DNA of 64,000 bases from Utricularia gibba (GCA_002189035.1 NEEC01000144.1:1-64000); one strand, 5' to 3'; positions 40,431-55,234 are shown, counted from the stretch's first letter. Notes: generated by a model not told the origin, from the letters alone. A program made the numbers and translations.

Positions 40431-43400
40431 AGCACCCCAAATGGTTTTCTCAACCACATGCTTTTATTTGAGGAGGCGCTCTCGAGGGGCACTAGGATCT
40501 GGCCGGAGGTCGGTCGAACTCGGGCCCATAGTCATTTGTAGCCCGGCAAAAAAAGTGATCCATTTATTAACGTTGGGTTTTCGGCAGCTGCCTACATGGT
40601 TTCTGAAGGAAAAGCTTGTCGTTTTTGGGTGGGTGCTGTTGTTCGGAACTTCGTCCGGACCCAAGGTTCGGTTCGACTCCTGAGCCCAATCGGGTCCTAT
40701 TCGACGAAAATCGTGATGCATTTTTTGAAGTTAGGATGTCATGAGCACCCCAAATGGTTTTCTCAACCACATGCTTTTTATTTGAGAAGGCGCTCTCGAG
40801 GGGCACTAGGATCTGGCCGGAGGTCAGGTCGAACTCGGGCCATAGTCATTTGTAGCCCGGCAAAAAAAGTGATCCATTTATTAACGTTGGGTTTTCGGCA
40901 GCTGCCTACATGGTTTCTGAAGGAAAAGCTTGTCGTTTTTGGTGGGTGCTGTTGTTCGGAAATTCGTCCGGACCCAAGGTTCGGTTCGACTCCTGAGCCC
41001 AATCGGGTCCTATTCGACGAAATCGTGATGCATTTTGAAGTTAGGATGTCATGAGCACCCCAAATGGTTTTCTCATCCACAAGCTTTATATTTGAGGAGG
41101 CGCTCTCGAGGGGCACTAGGATCGGGCCGGAGTCGGGTCGGGCTCGGGCCCATAGTCATTTGTAGCCCGGCAAAAAAAGTGATCCATTTATTAACGTTGG
41201 GTTTTCGGCAGCTGCCTACATGGTTTCTGAAGGAAAAGCTTGTCGTTTTTGGGAGGGTGCTTTTGTTGGGAACTTCGTCCGGACCCAAGGTTCGGTTCGA
41301 CTCTTGAGCCCAATGGGTCCTATTCGACGAAAATCGTGATGCATTTTTTGAAGTTAGGATGTCATGCACCCCAAATGGTTTTCTTGTCCACAAGCTTTAT
41401 ATTTGAGGAGGCGCTCTCGAGGGGCACTAGGATCGGGCCGGAGGTCAGGTCGGGCTCGGCCCATAGTCATTTGTAGCCCGGCAAAAAATGTGATCCATTT
41501 ATTAACGTTGGGTTTTCGGCAGCTGCCTACATGGTTTCTGAAGGAAAAGCTTGTCGTTTTTTGGGTGGGTGCTGTTGTTGGAACTTCGTCCGGACCCAAG
41601 TTCGGTTCGACTCCTGAGCCCAATCGGGTCCTATTCGACGAAAATCGTGATGCATTTTTTGAAGTTAGGATGTCATGAGCACCCCAAATGGTTTTCTCAA
41701 CACATGCTTTTTATTTGAGGAGGCGCTCTCGAGGGGCACTAGGATCGGGCCGGAGGTCATATCGGCTCGGGCCCATAGTCATTTGTAGCCCGGCAAAAAA
41801 AGTGATCCATTATTAACGTTGGGTTTTCGGCAGCTGCCTACATGGTTTCTGAAGGAAAAGCTTGTCGTTTTTTGGTGGGTGCTTTTTTGGAACTTCGTCC
41901 GGACCCAAGGTTCGGTTCGACTCCTGAGCCCAATGGGTCCTATTCGACGAAAATCGTGATGCATTTTTTGAAGTTAGGATGTCATGAGCACCCCAAATGG
42001 TTTTCTCAACCACAGCTTTTTATTTGAGAGGCGCTCTCGAGGGGCACTAGGATCTGGCCGGAGGTCGGGTCGAACTCGGGCCCATAGTCATTTGTAGCCC
42101 GGCAAAAAAAGTGATCCATTTATTAACGTTGGGTTTTCGGCAGCTGCCTACATTGTTTCTGAAGGAAAAGCTTGTCGTTTTTGGGTGGGTGCTTCGTTGG
42201 AAGTTCATCCGGACCCAAGGTTCTGTTCGACTCCTGAGCCCAATCGGGTCCTATTCGACGAAAATCGTGATGCATTTTTGAAGTTAGGATGTCATGAGCA
42301 CCCCAAATGGTTTTCATCCACAAGCTTTATATTTGAGGAGGCGCTCTCGAGGGGCACTAGGATCGGGCCGGAGTCAGGTCGGGCTCGGGCCCATAGTCAT
42401 TTGTAGCCCGGCAAAAAAAAGTGATCCATTTATTAACGTTGGGTTTTCGGCAGCTGCCTACATGGTTTCTGAAGGAAAAGCTTGTCGTTTTGGGTGGGTG
42501 CTGTTGTTGGGAACTTCGTCCGGACCCAAGGTTCGGTTCGACTCCTGAGCCCAATGGGTCCTATTCGACGAAAATCGTGATGCATTTTTGAAGTTAGGAT
42601 GTCATGAGCACCCCAAATGGTTTTCTTGTCCACAAGCTTTATATTTGAGGAGGCGCTCTCGAGGGGCACTAGGATCTGGCCGGAGGTCGGGTCGAACTCG
42701 GGCCCATAGTCATTTGTAGCCCGGCAAAAAAAGTGATCCATTTATTAACGTTGGGTTTTCGGCAGCTGCCTACATTGTTTCTGAAGGAAAAGCTTGTCGT
42801 TTTTGGGTGGTGCTTGTTGGAATTCGTCCGGACCCAAGGTTCGGTTCGACTCCTGAGCCCAATCGGGTCCTATTCGACGAAAATCGTGATGCATTTTTGA
42901 AGTTAGGATGTCATGAGCACCCCAAATGGTTTTCTCATCCACAAGCTTTATATTTGAGGAGGCGCTCTCGAGGGGCACCAGGATCGGGCCGGAGGTCAGG
43001 TCGGGCTCGGGCCCATAGTCATTTGTAGCCCGGCAAAAAAAGTGATCCATTTATTAACGTTGGGTTTTCGGCAGCTGCCTACATGGTTTCTGAAGGAAAA
43101 GCTTGTCGTTTTTGGGTGGGTGCTTTTGTTGGGAACTTCGTCCGGACCCAAGGTTCGGTTCGACTCCTGAGCCCAATGGGTCCTATTCGACGAAAATCGT
43201 GATGCATTTTTTGAAGTTAGGATGTCATGAGCACCCCAAATGGTTTTCTTGTCCACAAGCTTTATATTTGAGGAGGCGCTCTCGAGGGGCACTAGGATCG
43301 GGCCGGAGGTCAGGTCGGCTCGGCCCATAGTCATTTGTAGCCCGGCAAAAAAGTGATCCATTTATTAACGTTGGGTTTTCGGCACCTGCCTACATGGTTT

Positions 43401-46400
43401 CTGAAGGAAAAGCTTGTCGTTTTTGGGTGGGTGCTGTTGTTCGGAACTTCGTCCGGACCCAAGTTCGGTTCGACTCCTGAGCCCAATCGGGTCCTATTCG
43501 ACGAAAATCGTGATGCATTTTTTGAAGTTAGGATGTCATGAGCACCCCAAATGGTTTTCTCAACACATGCTTTTTATTTGAGGAGGCGCTCTCGAGGGGC
43601 ACTAGGATCGGGCCGGAGGTCAGTCGCTCGGGCCCATAGTCATTTGTAGCCCGGCAAAAAAAGTGATCCATTATTAACGTTGGGTTTTCGGCAGCTGCCT
43701 ACATGGTTTCTGAAGGAAAAGCTTGTCGTTTTTGGTGGGTGCTTTTCGGAACTTCGTCCGGACCCAAGGTTCGGTTCGACTCCTGAGCCCAATCGGGTCC
43801 TATTCGACGAAAATCGTGATGCATTTTTTGAAGTTAGGATGTCATGAGCACCCCAAATGGTTTCTCAACACAGCTTTTTATTTGAGAGGCGCTCTCGAGG
43901 GGCACTAGGATCTGGCCGGAGGTCGGGTCGAACTCGGGCCCATAGTCATTTGTAGCCGGCAAAAAAAGTGATCCATTTATTAACGTTGGGTTTTCGGCAG
44001 CTGCCTACATGTTTCTGAAGGAAAAGCTTGTCGTTTTTGGGTGGGTGCTTCGTTGGAAGTTCATCCGGACCCAAGGTTCTGTTCGACTCCTGAGCCCAAT
44101 CGGGTCCTATTCGACGAAATCGTGATGCATTTTTTGAAGTTAGGATGTCATGAGCACCCCAAATGGTTTTCTCATCCACAAGCTTTTATTTGAGGAGGCG
44201 CTCTCGAGGGGCACCGGATCGGGCCGGAATCAGGTCGGGCTCGGGCCCATAGTCATTTGTAGCCCGGCAAAAAAAGTGATCCATTTATTAACGTTGGGTT
44301 TTCGGCAGCTGCCTACATGGTTTCTGAAGGAAAAGCTTGTCGTTTTTGGGGGGTGCTTTGTTGGGAACTTCGTCCGGACCCAAGGTTCGGTTCGACTCTT
44401 GAGCCCAATGGGTCCTATTCGACGAAAATCGTGATGCATTTTTTGAAGTTAGGATGTCATGAGCACCCAAATGGTTTCTTGTCCACAAGCTTTATATTTG
44501 AGGAGGCGCTCTCGAGGGGCACTAGGATCTGGCCGGAGGTCGGGTCGAACTCGGCCCATAGTCATTTGTAGCCCGGCAAAAAAAGTGATCCATTTATTAA
44601 CGTTGGGTTTTCGGCAGCTGCCTACATTGTTTCTGAAGGAAAAGCTTGTCGTTTTTTTGGTGGGTGCTTGTTGGAAGTTCATCCGGACCCAAGGTTCTGT
44701 TCGACTCCTGAGCCCAATCGGGTCCTATTCGACGAAAATCGTGATGCATTTTTGAAGTTAGGATGTCATGAGCACCCCAAATGGTTTTCTCATCCACAAG
44801 CTTTATATTTGAGGAGGCGCTCTCGAGGGGCACCAGGATCGGGCCGGAGTCAGGTCGGCTCGGGCCCATAGTCATTTGTAGCCCGGCAAAAAAAGTGATC
44901 CATTTATTAACGTTGGGTTTTCGGCAGCTGCCTACATGGTTTCTGAAGGAAAAGCTTGTCGTTTTTGGGTGGGTGCTGTTGTTGGGAACTTCGTCCGGAC
45001 CCAAGGTTCGGTTCGACTCCTGAGCCCAATGGGTCCTATTCGACGAAAATCGTGATGCATTTTTTGAAGTTAGGATGTCATGGCACCCCAAATGGTTTTC
45101 TTGTCCACAAGCTTTATATTTGAGGAGGCGCTCTCGAGGGCACTAGGATCTGGCCGGAGGTCGGTCGAACTCGGCCCATAGTCATTTGTAGCCCGGCAAA
45201 AAAAGTGATCCATTTATTAACGTTGGGTTTTCGGCAGCTGCCTACATTGTTTCTGAAGGAAAAGCTTGTCGTTTTTGGGTGGTGCTTGTTGGGAAGTTCA
45301 TCCGGACCCAAGGTTCTGTTCGACTCCTGAGCCCAATCGGGTCCTATTCGACGAAAATCGTGATGCATTTGAAGTTAGGATGTCATGAGCACCCCAAATG
45401 GTTTTCTGAACCACAAGCTTTTTTATTTGAGGAGGCGCTCTCGAGGGCACTAGGATCTGGCCGAGGTCATGTCGAACTCGGGCCCATAGTCATTTGTAGC
45501 CCGGCAAAAAAAGTGATCCATTTACTAACGTTGGGTTTTCGGCAGCTGCCTACATGGTTTCTGAAGGAAAAGCTTGTCGTTTTTGGTGGGTGCTGTTGTT
45601 CGGAACTTCGTCCGGACCCAAGGTTCGGTTCGACTCCTGAGCCCAATCGGGTCCTATTCGACGAAAATCGTGATGCATTTTTGAAGTTAGGATGTCATGA
45701 GCACCCCAAATGTTTTCTCAACCACAGCTTTTTATTTGAGAGGCGCTCTCGAGGGGCACTAGGATGGCCGGAGGTCAGTGGCCATCATTTAGCCCGCAAA
45801 AAAAGTGATCCATTTATTAACGTTGGGTTTTCGGCAGCTGCCTACATGGTTTCTGAAGGAAAAGCTTGTCGTTTTTGGGTGGGTGCTGTTGTTCGGAAAT
45901 TCGTCCGGACCCAAGGTTCGGTTCGACTCCTGAGCCCAATCGGGTCCTATTCGACGAAATCGTGATGCATTTTACTAAAGTTAGGATGTCATGAGCACCC
46001 CAAATGGTTTTCTCATCCACAAGCTTTATATTTGAGGAGGCGCTCTCGAGGGGCACCAGGATCGGGCCGGAGTCGGTCGGCTCGGGCCCATAGTCATTTG
46101 TAGCCCGGCAAAAAAAGTGATCCATTTATTAACGTTGGGTTTTCGGCAGCTGCCTACATGGTTTCTGAAGGAAAAGCTTGTCGTTTTTGGAGGGTGCTTT
46201 GTTGGGAACTTCGTCCGGACCCAAGGTTCGGTTCGACTCTGAGCCCAATGGGGTCCTATTCGACGAAAATCGTGATGCATTTTTTGAAGTTAGGATGTCA
46301 TGAGCACCCCAAATGGTTTCTTGTCCACAAGCTTTATATTTGAGGAGGCGCTCTCGAGGGGCACTAGGATCGGGCCGGAGGTCAGGTCGGGCTCGGCCCA

Positions 46401-49400
46401 TAGTCATTTGTAGCCCGGCAAAAAAGTGATCCATTTATTAACGTTGGGTTTTCGGCACCTGCCTACATGGTTTCTGAAGGAAAAGCTTGTCGTTTTTGGG
46501 TGGGTGCTTTGTTCGGAACTTCGTCCGGACCCAAGGTTCGGTTCGACTCCTGAGCCCAATCGGGTCCTATTCGACGAAAATCGTGATGCATTTTTTGAAG
46601 TTAGGATGTCATGAGCACCCCAAATTTTTCTCAACACAGCTTTTTATTTGAGGAGGCGCTCTCGAGGGCACTAGGATCGGGCCGGAGGTCATCGGCTCGG
46701 GCCCATAGTCATTTGTAGCCCGGCAAAAAAAGTGATCCATTTATTAACGTTGGGTTTTCGGCAGCTACATGGTTTCTGAAGGAAAAGCTTGTCGTTTTTG
46801 GTGGGTGCTTTGTTGGGAACTTCGTCCGGACCCAAGGTTCGGTTCGACTCCTGAGCCCAATCCGGTCCTATTCGACGAAAATCGTGATGCATTTTTGAAG
46901 TTAGGATGTCATGAGCACCCCAAATGGTTTTCTCAACCACATGCTTTTATTTGAGGAGGCGCTCTCGAGGGGCACTAGGATCTGGCCGGAGGTCGGGTCG
47001 AACTCGGGCCCATAGTCATTTGTAGCCCGGCAAAAAAGTGATCCATTTATTAACGTTGGGTTTTCGGCAGCTGCCTACATGGTTTCTGAAGGAAAAGCTT
47101 GTCGTTTTTGGGTGGGTGCTTGTTGGAATTCGTCCGGACCCAAGGTTCGTTCGACTCCTGAGCCCAATCGGGTCCTATTCGACGAAATCGTGATGCATTT
47201 TTGAAGTTAGGATGTCATGAGCACCCCAAATGGTTTTCTCATCCACAAGCTTTATATTTGAGGAGGCGCTCTCGAGGGGCACCGGATCGGCCGGAGTCAG
47301 GTCGGCTCGGGCCCATAGTCATTTGTAGCCCGGCAAAAAAAGTGATCCATTTATTAACGTTGGGTTTTCGGCAGCTGCCTACATGGTTTCTGAAGGAAAA
47401 GCTTGTCGTTTTTGGGTGGGTGCTGTTGTTGGGAACTTCGTCCGGACCCAAGGTTCGGTTCGACTCCTGAGCCCAATGGGTCCTATTCGACGAAAATCGT
47501 GATGCATTTTTTGAAGTTAGGATGTCATGAGCACCCCAAATGGTTTTCTTGTCCACAAGCTTTATATTTGAGGAGGCGCTCTCGAGGGGCACTAGGATCT
47601 GGCCGGAGGTCGGGTCGAACTCGGGCCCATAGTCATTTGTAGCCCGGCAAAAAAGTGATCCATTTATTAACGTTGGGTTTTCGGCAGCTGCCTACATGGT
47701 TTCTGAAGGAAAAGCTTGTCGTTTTGGTGGGTGCTTGTTGGAATTCGTCCGGACCCAAGGTTCGTTCGACTCCTGAGCCCAATCGGGTCCTATTCGACGA
47801 AAATCGTGATGCATTTTTTGAAGTTAGGATGTCATGAGCACCCCAAATGGTTTTCTCATCCACAAGCTTTATATTTGAGGAGGCGCTCTCGAGGGGCACC
47901 GGATCGGGCCGGAGTCAGGTCGGGCTCGGGCCCATAGTCATTTGTAGCCCGGCAAAAAAAAGTGATCCATTTATTAACGTTGGGTTTTCGGCAGCTGCCT
48001 ACATGGTTTCTGAAGGAAAAGCTTGTCGTTTTTTGGGGGTGCTGTTGTTGGGAACTTCGTCCGGACCCAAGGTTCGGTTCGACTCTGAGCCCAATGGGGT
48101 CCTATTCGACGAAAATCGTGATGCATTTTTTGAAGTTAGGATGTCATGAGCACCCCAAATGGTTTTCTGTCCACAAGCTTTATATTTGAGGAGGCGCTCT
48201 CGAGGGGCACTAGGATCTGGCCGGAGGTCGGGTCGAACTCGGGCCCATAGTCATTTGTAGCCCGGCAAAAAAAGTGATCCATTTATTAACGTTGGGTTTT
48301 CGGCAGCTGCCTACATTGTTTCTGAAGGAAAAGCTTGTCGTTTTTGGGTGGGTGCTTTCGTTGGAATTCGTCCGGACCCAAGGTTCTGTTCGACTCCTGA
48401 GCCCAATCGGGTCCTATTCGACGAAAATCGTGATGCATTTTTGAAGTTAGGATGTCATGAGCACCCCAAATGGTTTTCTGTCCACAAGCTTTTATTTTGA
48501 GAGGCGCTCTCGAGGGCACTAGGATCTGGCCGGAGTCGGGTCGAACTCGGGGCCATAGTCATTTGTAGCCCGGCAAAAAAAGTGATCCATTTATTAACGT
48601 TGGGTTTTCGGCAGCTGCCTACATGGTTTCTGAAGGAAAAGCTTGTCGTTTTTGGGTGGGTGCTGTTGTTCGGAACTTCGTCCGGACCCAAGGTTCGGTT
48701 CGACTCCTGAGCCCAATCGGGTCCTATTCGACGAAAATCGTGATGCATTTTTTGAAGTTAGGATGTCATGAGCACCCCAAATGGTTTTCTCAACCACAAG
48801 CTTTTTATTTGAGGAGGCGCTCTCGAGGGGCACTAGGATCTGGCCGGAGGTCAGGTCGAACTCGGCCCATAGTCATTTGTAGCCCGGCAAAAAAAAGTGA
48901 TCCATTTATTAACGTTGGGTTTTCGGCAGCTGCCTACATGGTTTCTGAAGGAAAAGCTTGTCGTTTTTGGGTGGTGCTGTTGTTCGGAAATTCGTCCGAC
49001 CCAAGGTTCGGTTCGACTCCTGAGCCCAATCGGGTCCTATTCGACGAAAATCGTGATGCATTTTTTGAAGTTAGGATGTCATGAGCACCCCAAATGGTTT
49101 TCTCATCCACAAGCTTTATATTTGAGGAGGCGCTCTCGAGGGGCACCAGGATCGGGCCGGAGTCGGGTCGGGCTCGGGCCCATAGTCATTTGTAGCCCGG
49201 CAAAAAAAGTGATCCATTTATTAACGTTGGGTTTTCGGCAGCTGCCTACATGGTTTCTGAAGGAAAAGCTTGTCGTTTTTGGTGGGTGCTTTTGTTGGGA
49301 ACTTCGTCCGGACCCAAGGTTCGGTTCGACTCCTGAGCCCAATGGGGTCCTATTCGACGAAAATCGTGATGCATTTTTTGAAGTTAGGATGTCATGAGCA

Positions 49401-52400
49401 CCCCAAATGGTTTTCTTGTCCACAAGCTTTATATTTGAGGAGGCGCTCTCGAGGGCACTAGGATCGGGCCGAGTCAGGTCGGGCTCGGGCCCATAGTCAT
49501 TTGTAGCCCGGCAAAAAAAGTGATCCATTTATTAACGTTGGGTTTTCGGCAGCTGCCTACATGGTTTCTGAAGGAAAAGCTTGTCGTTTTTGGGTGGGTG
49601 CTGTTGTTCGGAACTTCGTCCGGACCCAAGTTCGGTTCGACTCCTGAGCCCAATCGGGTCCTATTCGACGAAAATCGTGATGCATTTTTTGAAGTTAGGA
49701 TGTCATGAGCACCCCAAATGGTTTTCTCAACACAAGCTTTTTATTTGAGGAGGCGCTCTCGAGGGCACTAGGATCGGGCCGGAGTCAGTCGCTCGGGCCC
49801 ATAGTCATTTGTAGCCCGGCAAAAAAGTGATCCATTTATTAACGTTGGGTTTTCGGCAGCTGCCTACATGGTTTCTGAAGGAAAAGCTTGTCGTTTTTGG
49901 TGGTGCTTTTTTGGAACTTCGTCCGGACCCAAGGTTCGGTTCGACTCCTGAGCCCAATCGGTCCCCGAAAATCGTGATGCATTTTTGAAGTTAGGATGTC
50001 ATGAGCACCCCAAATGGTTTTCTCAACCACAGCTTTTTATTTGAGAGGCGCTCTCGAGGGCACTAGGATCTGGCCGGAGGTCGGGTCGAACTCGGGCCCA
50101 TAGTCATTTGTAGCCCGGCAAAAAAAGTGATCCATTTTATTAACGTTGGGTTTTCGGCAGCTGCCTACATTGTTTCTGAAGGAAAAGCTTGTCGTTTTTG
50201 GTGGGTGCTTGTTGGAAGTTCATCCGGACCCAAGGTTCTGTTCGACTCCTGAGCCAATCGGGTCCTATTCGACGAAAATCGTGATGCATTTTTGAAGTTA
50301 GGATGTCATGAGCACCCCAAATGGTTTTCTCATCCACAAGCTTTATATTTGAGGAGGCGCTCTCGAGGGGCACCAGGATCGGGCCGGAGTCAGGTCGGGC
50401 TCGGGCCCATAGTCATTTGTAGCCCGGCAAAAAAAGTGATCCATTTATTAACGTTGGGTTTTCGGCAGCTGCCTACATGGTTTCTGAAGGAAAAGCTTGT
50501 CGTTTTTGGGGGGTGCTTTGTTGGAACTTCGTCCGGACCCAAGGTTCGGTTCGACTCCTGAGCCCAATGGTCCTATTCGACGAAAATCGTGATGCATTTT
50601 TTGAAGTTAGGATGTCATGAGCACCCCAAATGGTTTTCTTGTCCACAAGCTTTATATTTGAGGAGGCGCTCTCGAGGGGCACTAGGATCTGGCCGGAGGT
50701 CGGGTCGAACTCGGCCCATAGTCATTTGTAGCCCGGCAAAAAAAGTGATCCATTTATTAACGTTGGGTTTTCGGCAGCTGCCTACATGGTTTCTGAAGGA
50801 AAAAGCTTGTTTTTGGGGGTGCTTTGTTGGGAATTCGTCCGGACCAAGGTTCGGTTCGACTCCTGAGCCCAATCGGGTCCTATTCGACGAAAATCGTGAT
50901 GCATTTTTTGAAGTTAGGATGTCATGAGCACCCCAAATGGTTTTCTCAACCACAAGCTTTTTATTTGAGGAGGCGCTCTCGAGGGGCACTAGGATCTGGC
51001 CGGAGGTCGGTCGAACTCGGGCCATAGTCATTTGTAGCCCGGCAAAAAAAGTGATCCATTTACTAACGTTGGGTTTTCGGCAGCTGCCTACATGGTTTCT
51101 GAAGGAAAAGCTTGTCGTTTTTGGGTGGGTGCTGTTGTTCGGAACTTCGTCCGGACCCAAGGTTCGGTTCGACTCCTGAGCCCAATCGGGTCCTATTCGA
51201 CGAAAATCGTGATGCATTTTTTGAAGTTAGGATGTCATGAGCACCCCAAATGGTTTTCTCAACACAGCTTTTTATTTGAGGAAGGCGCTCTCGAGGGCAC
51301 TAGGATCTGGCCGGAGGTCAGTCGAACTCGGCCCATAGTCATTTGTAGCCCGGCAAAAAAAAGTGATCCATTTATTAACGTTGGGTTTTCGGCAGCTGCC
51401 TACATGGTTTCTGAAGGAAAAGCTTGTCGTTTTTGGGTGGGTGCTGTTGTTCGGAAATTCGTCCGGACCCAAGGTTCGGTTCGACTCCTGAGCCCAATCG
51501 GTCCTATTCGACGAAATCGTGATGCATTTTTGAAGTTAGGATGTCATGAGCACCCCAAATGGTTTTCTCTCCACAAGCTTTATATTTGAGGAGGCGCTCT
51601 CGAGGGGCACCAGGATCGGGCCGGAGTCGGGTCGGGCTCGGGCCCATAGTCATTTGTAGCCCGGCAAAAAAAGTGATCCATTTATTAACGTTGGGTTTTC
51701 GGCAGCTGCCTACATGGTTTCTGAAGGAAAAGCTTGTCGTTTTTGGGTGGGTGCTTTGTTGGGAACTTCGTCCGGACCCAAGGTTCGGTTCGACTCTGAG
51801 CCCAATGGGTCCTATTCGACGAAAATCGTGATTTTTTGAAGTTAGGATGTCATGAGCACCCCAAATGGTTTTCTTGTCCACAAGCTTTATATTTGAGGAG
51901 GCGCTCTCGAGGGCACTAGGATCGGGCCGGAGGTCAGGTCGCTCGGCCCATAGTCATTTGTAGCCCGGCAAAAAATGTGATCCATTTATTAACGTTGGGT
52001 TTTCGGCACCTGCCTACATGGGTGAAGGAAAAGCTTGTCGTTTTTGGGGTGGTGCTGTTGTTCGGAATTCGTCCGGACCCAAGTTCGGTTCGACTCCTGA
52101 GCCCAATCGGTCCTATTCGAAAAATCGTGATGCATTTTTTTGAAGTTAGGATGTCATGAGCACCCCAAATGGTTTTCTCAACACATGCTTTTTATTTGAG
52201 AGGCGCTCTCGAGGGGCACTAGGATCGGCCGGAGGTCTCGACTCGGGCCCATAGTCATTTGTAGCCCGGCAAAAAAAAGTGATCCATTTATTAACGTTGG
52301 GTTTTCGGCAGCTGCCTACATGGTTTCTGAAGGAAAAGCTTGTCGTTTTTGGTGGGTGCTTTGTTGGAACTTCGTCCGGACCCAAGGTTCGGTTCGACTC

Positions 52401-53389
52401 CTGAGCCCAATCCGGTCCTATTCGACGAAAATCGTGATGCATTTTTTGAAGTTAGGATGTCATGAGCACCCCAAATGGTTTTCTCAACCACATGCTTTTT
52501 ATTTGAGGAGGCGCTCTCGAGGGGCACTAGGATCGGCCGGAGGTCGGGTCGCTCGGGCCCATAGTCATTTGTAGCCCGGCAAAAAAAGTGATCCATTTAT
52601 TAACGTTGGGTTTTCGGCAGCTGCCTACATTGTTTCTGAAGGAAAAGCTTGTCGTTTTTGTGGGTGCTTGTTTGGAATTCATCCGGACCCAAGGTTCTGT
52701 TCGACTCCTGAGCCCAATCGGGTCCTATTCGACGAAAATCGTGATGCATTTTTGAAGTTAGGATGTCATGAGCACCCCAAATGGTTTTCTCATCCACAAG
52801 CTTTATATTTGAGGAGGCGCTCTCGAGGGGCACCGGATCGGGCCGGAGTCGGTCGGCTCGGGCCCATAGTCATTTGTAGCCCGGCAAAAAAAGTGATCCA
52901 TTTATTAACGTTGGGTTTTCGGCAGCTGCCTACATGGTTTCTGAAGGAAAAGCTTGTCGTTTTTGGGAGGGTGCTGTTGTTGGAACTTCGTCCGGACCCA
53001 AGGTTCGGTTCGACTCTTGAGCCCAATGGGTCCTATTCGACGAAAATCGTGATGCATTTTTTGAAGTTAGGATGTCATGGCACCCCAAATGGTTTTCTTG
53101 TCCACAAGCTTTATATTTGAGGAGGCGCTCTCGAGGGCACTAGGATCTGGCCGGAGGTCGGTCGAACTCGGGCCCATAGTCATTTGTAGCCCGGCAAAAA
53201 AAGTGATCCATTTATTAACGTTGGGTTTTCGGCAGCTGCCTACATGGTTTCTGAAGGAAAAGCTTGTCGTTTTTGGGTGGGTGCTGTTGTTGGAACTTCG
53301 TCCGGACCCAAGGTTCGGTTCGACTCCTGAGCCCAATGGGTCCTATTCGACGAAAATCGTGATGCATTTTTTGAAGTTAGGATGTCATG
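40431..53389 (+). repeat. Variable-length higher-order repeat (6/10/10/8 monomers)
   Basis: The anchor monomer type starts at about 41366, 43230, 46303, 49397 and 51855. The order of haplotypes between anchors is conserved, and a nested (TCATCC-type / GATCTGG-type) pair varies in copy number. Confidence 0.72.
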
Positions 53390-55234
53390 AGCACCCCAAA
53401 TGGTTTTCTCATCCACAAGCTTTATATTTGAGGAGGCGCTCTCGAGGGCACAGGATCGGGCCGGAGGTCGGGTCGGGCTCGGCCCATAGTCATTTGTAGC
53501 CCGGCAAAAAAAGTGATCCATTTATTAACGTTGGGTTTTCGGCAGCTGCCTACATGGTTTCTGAAGGAAAAAGCTTGTCGTTTTTGGGTGGGTGCTTTCG
53601 TTGGGAATTCGTCCGGACCCAAGGTTCGGTTCGACTCCTGAGCCCAATGGGGTCCTATTCGACGAAAATCGTGATGCATTTTTTGAAGTTAGGATGTCAT
53701 GAGCACCCCAAATGGTTTTCTTGTCCACAAGCTTTATATTTGAGGAGGCGCTCTCGAGGGGCACCAGGATCGGCCGGAGGTCGGGTCGCTCGGCCCATAG
53801 TCATTTGTAGCCCGGCAAAAAAAGTGATCCATTTATTAACGTTGGTTTTCGGCAGCTGCCTACATGGTTTCTGAAGGAAAAGCTTGTCGTTTTTGGGAGG
53901 GTGCTTTTGTTTGGGAACTTCGTCCGGACCCAAGGTTCGGTTCGACTCTGAGCCCAATGGGGTCCTATTCGACGAAAATCGTGATGCATTTTTTGAAGTT
54001 AGGATGTCATGGGCACCCCAAATGGTTTTCTTGTCCACAAGCTTTATATTTGAGGAGGCGCTCTCGAGGGGCACTAGGATCTGGCCGGAGGTCGGTCGAA
54101 CTCGGGCCCATAGTCATTTGTAGCCCGGCAAAAAAAGTGATCCATTTATTAACGTTGGGTTTTCGGCAGCTGCCTACATGGTTTCTGAAGGAAAAGCTTG
54201 TCGTTTTTGGTAAGGTGCTTTCATTGGGAACTTCGTTCGGACCAATCGGTCCTATTCGACGAAAATCGTGATGCATTTATTGAAGTTAGGATGTCATGAG
54301 CACCCCAAATGGTTTTCTCATCCACAAGCTTTATATTTGAGGAGGCGCTCTCGAAGGCACCGGGATCGGCCGAGGTCGGGTCGGGCTCGGCCCATAGTCA
54401 TTTGTAGCCCGGCAAAAAAAGTGATCCATTTATTAACGTTGGGTTTTCGGCAGCTGCCTACATGGTTTCTGAAGGAAAAGCTTGTCGTTTTTGGGTGGGT
54501 GCTGTTGTTCGGAACTTCGTCCGGACCCAAGGTTCGGTTCGACTCCTGAGCCCAATCGGGTCCTATTCGACGAAAATCGTGATGCATTTTTTTGAAGTTA
54601 GGATGTCATGAGCACCCCAAATGGTTTTCTTGTCCACAAGCTTTATATTTGAGGAGGCGCTCTCGAGGGGCACTAGATCTGGCCGGAGGTCGGGTCGAAC
54701 TCGGCCCATAGTCATTTGTAGCCCCGGCAAAAAAAGTGATCCATTTATTAACGTTGGGTTTTTTCGGCAGCTGCCTACATTGTTTCTGAAGGAAAAGCTT
54801 GTCGTTTTTGGGTGGGTGCTTTGTTGGGAAGTTCATCCGGACCCAAGGTTCTGTTCGACTCCTGAGCCCAATGGGGTCCTATTCGACGAAAATCGTGATG
54901 CATTTTTTGAAGTTAGGATGTCATGAGCACCCCAAATGGTTTTCTTGTCCACAAGCTTTATATTTGAGGAGGCGCTCTCGAGGGCACTAGGATCTGCCGG
55001 AGGTCGGTCGAACTCGGGCCCATAGTCATTTGTAGCCCGGCAAAAAAAGTGATCCATTTATTAACGTTGGGTTTTCGGCAGCTGCCTACATGGTTTCTGA
55101 AGGAAAAGCTTGTCGTTTTTGGGTGGGTGCTTTTGTTGGAACTTCGTCCGGACCCAAGGTTCGGTTCGACTCCTGAGCCCAATGGGTCCTATTCGACGAA
55201 AATCGTGATGCATTTTTTGAAGTTAGGATGTCAT

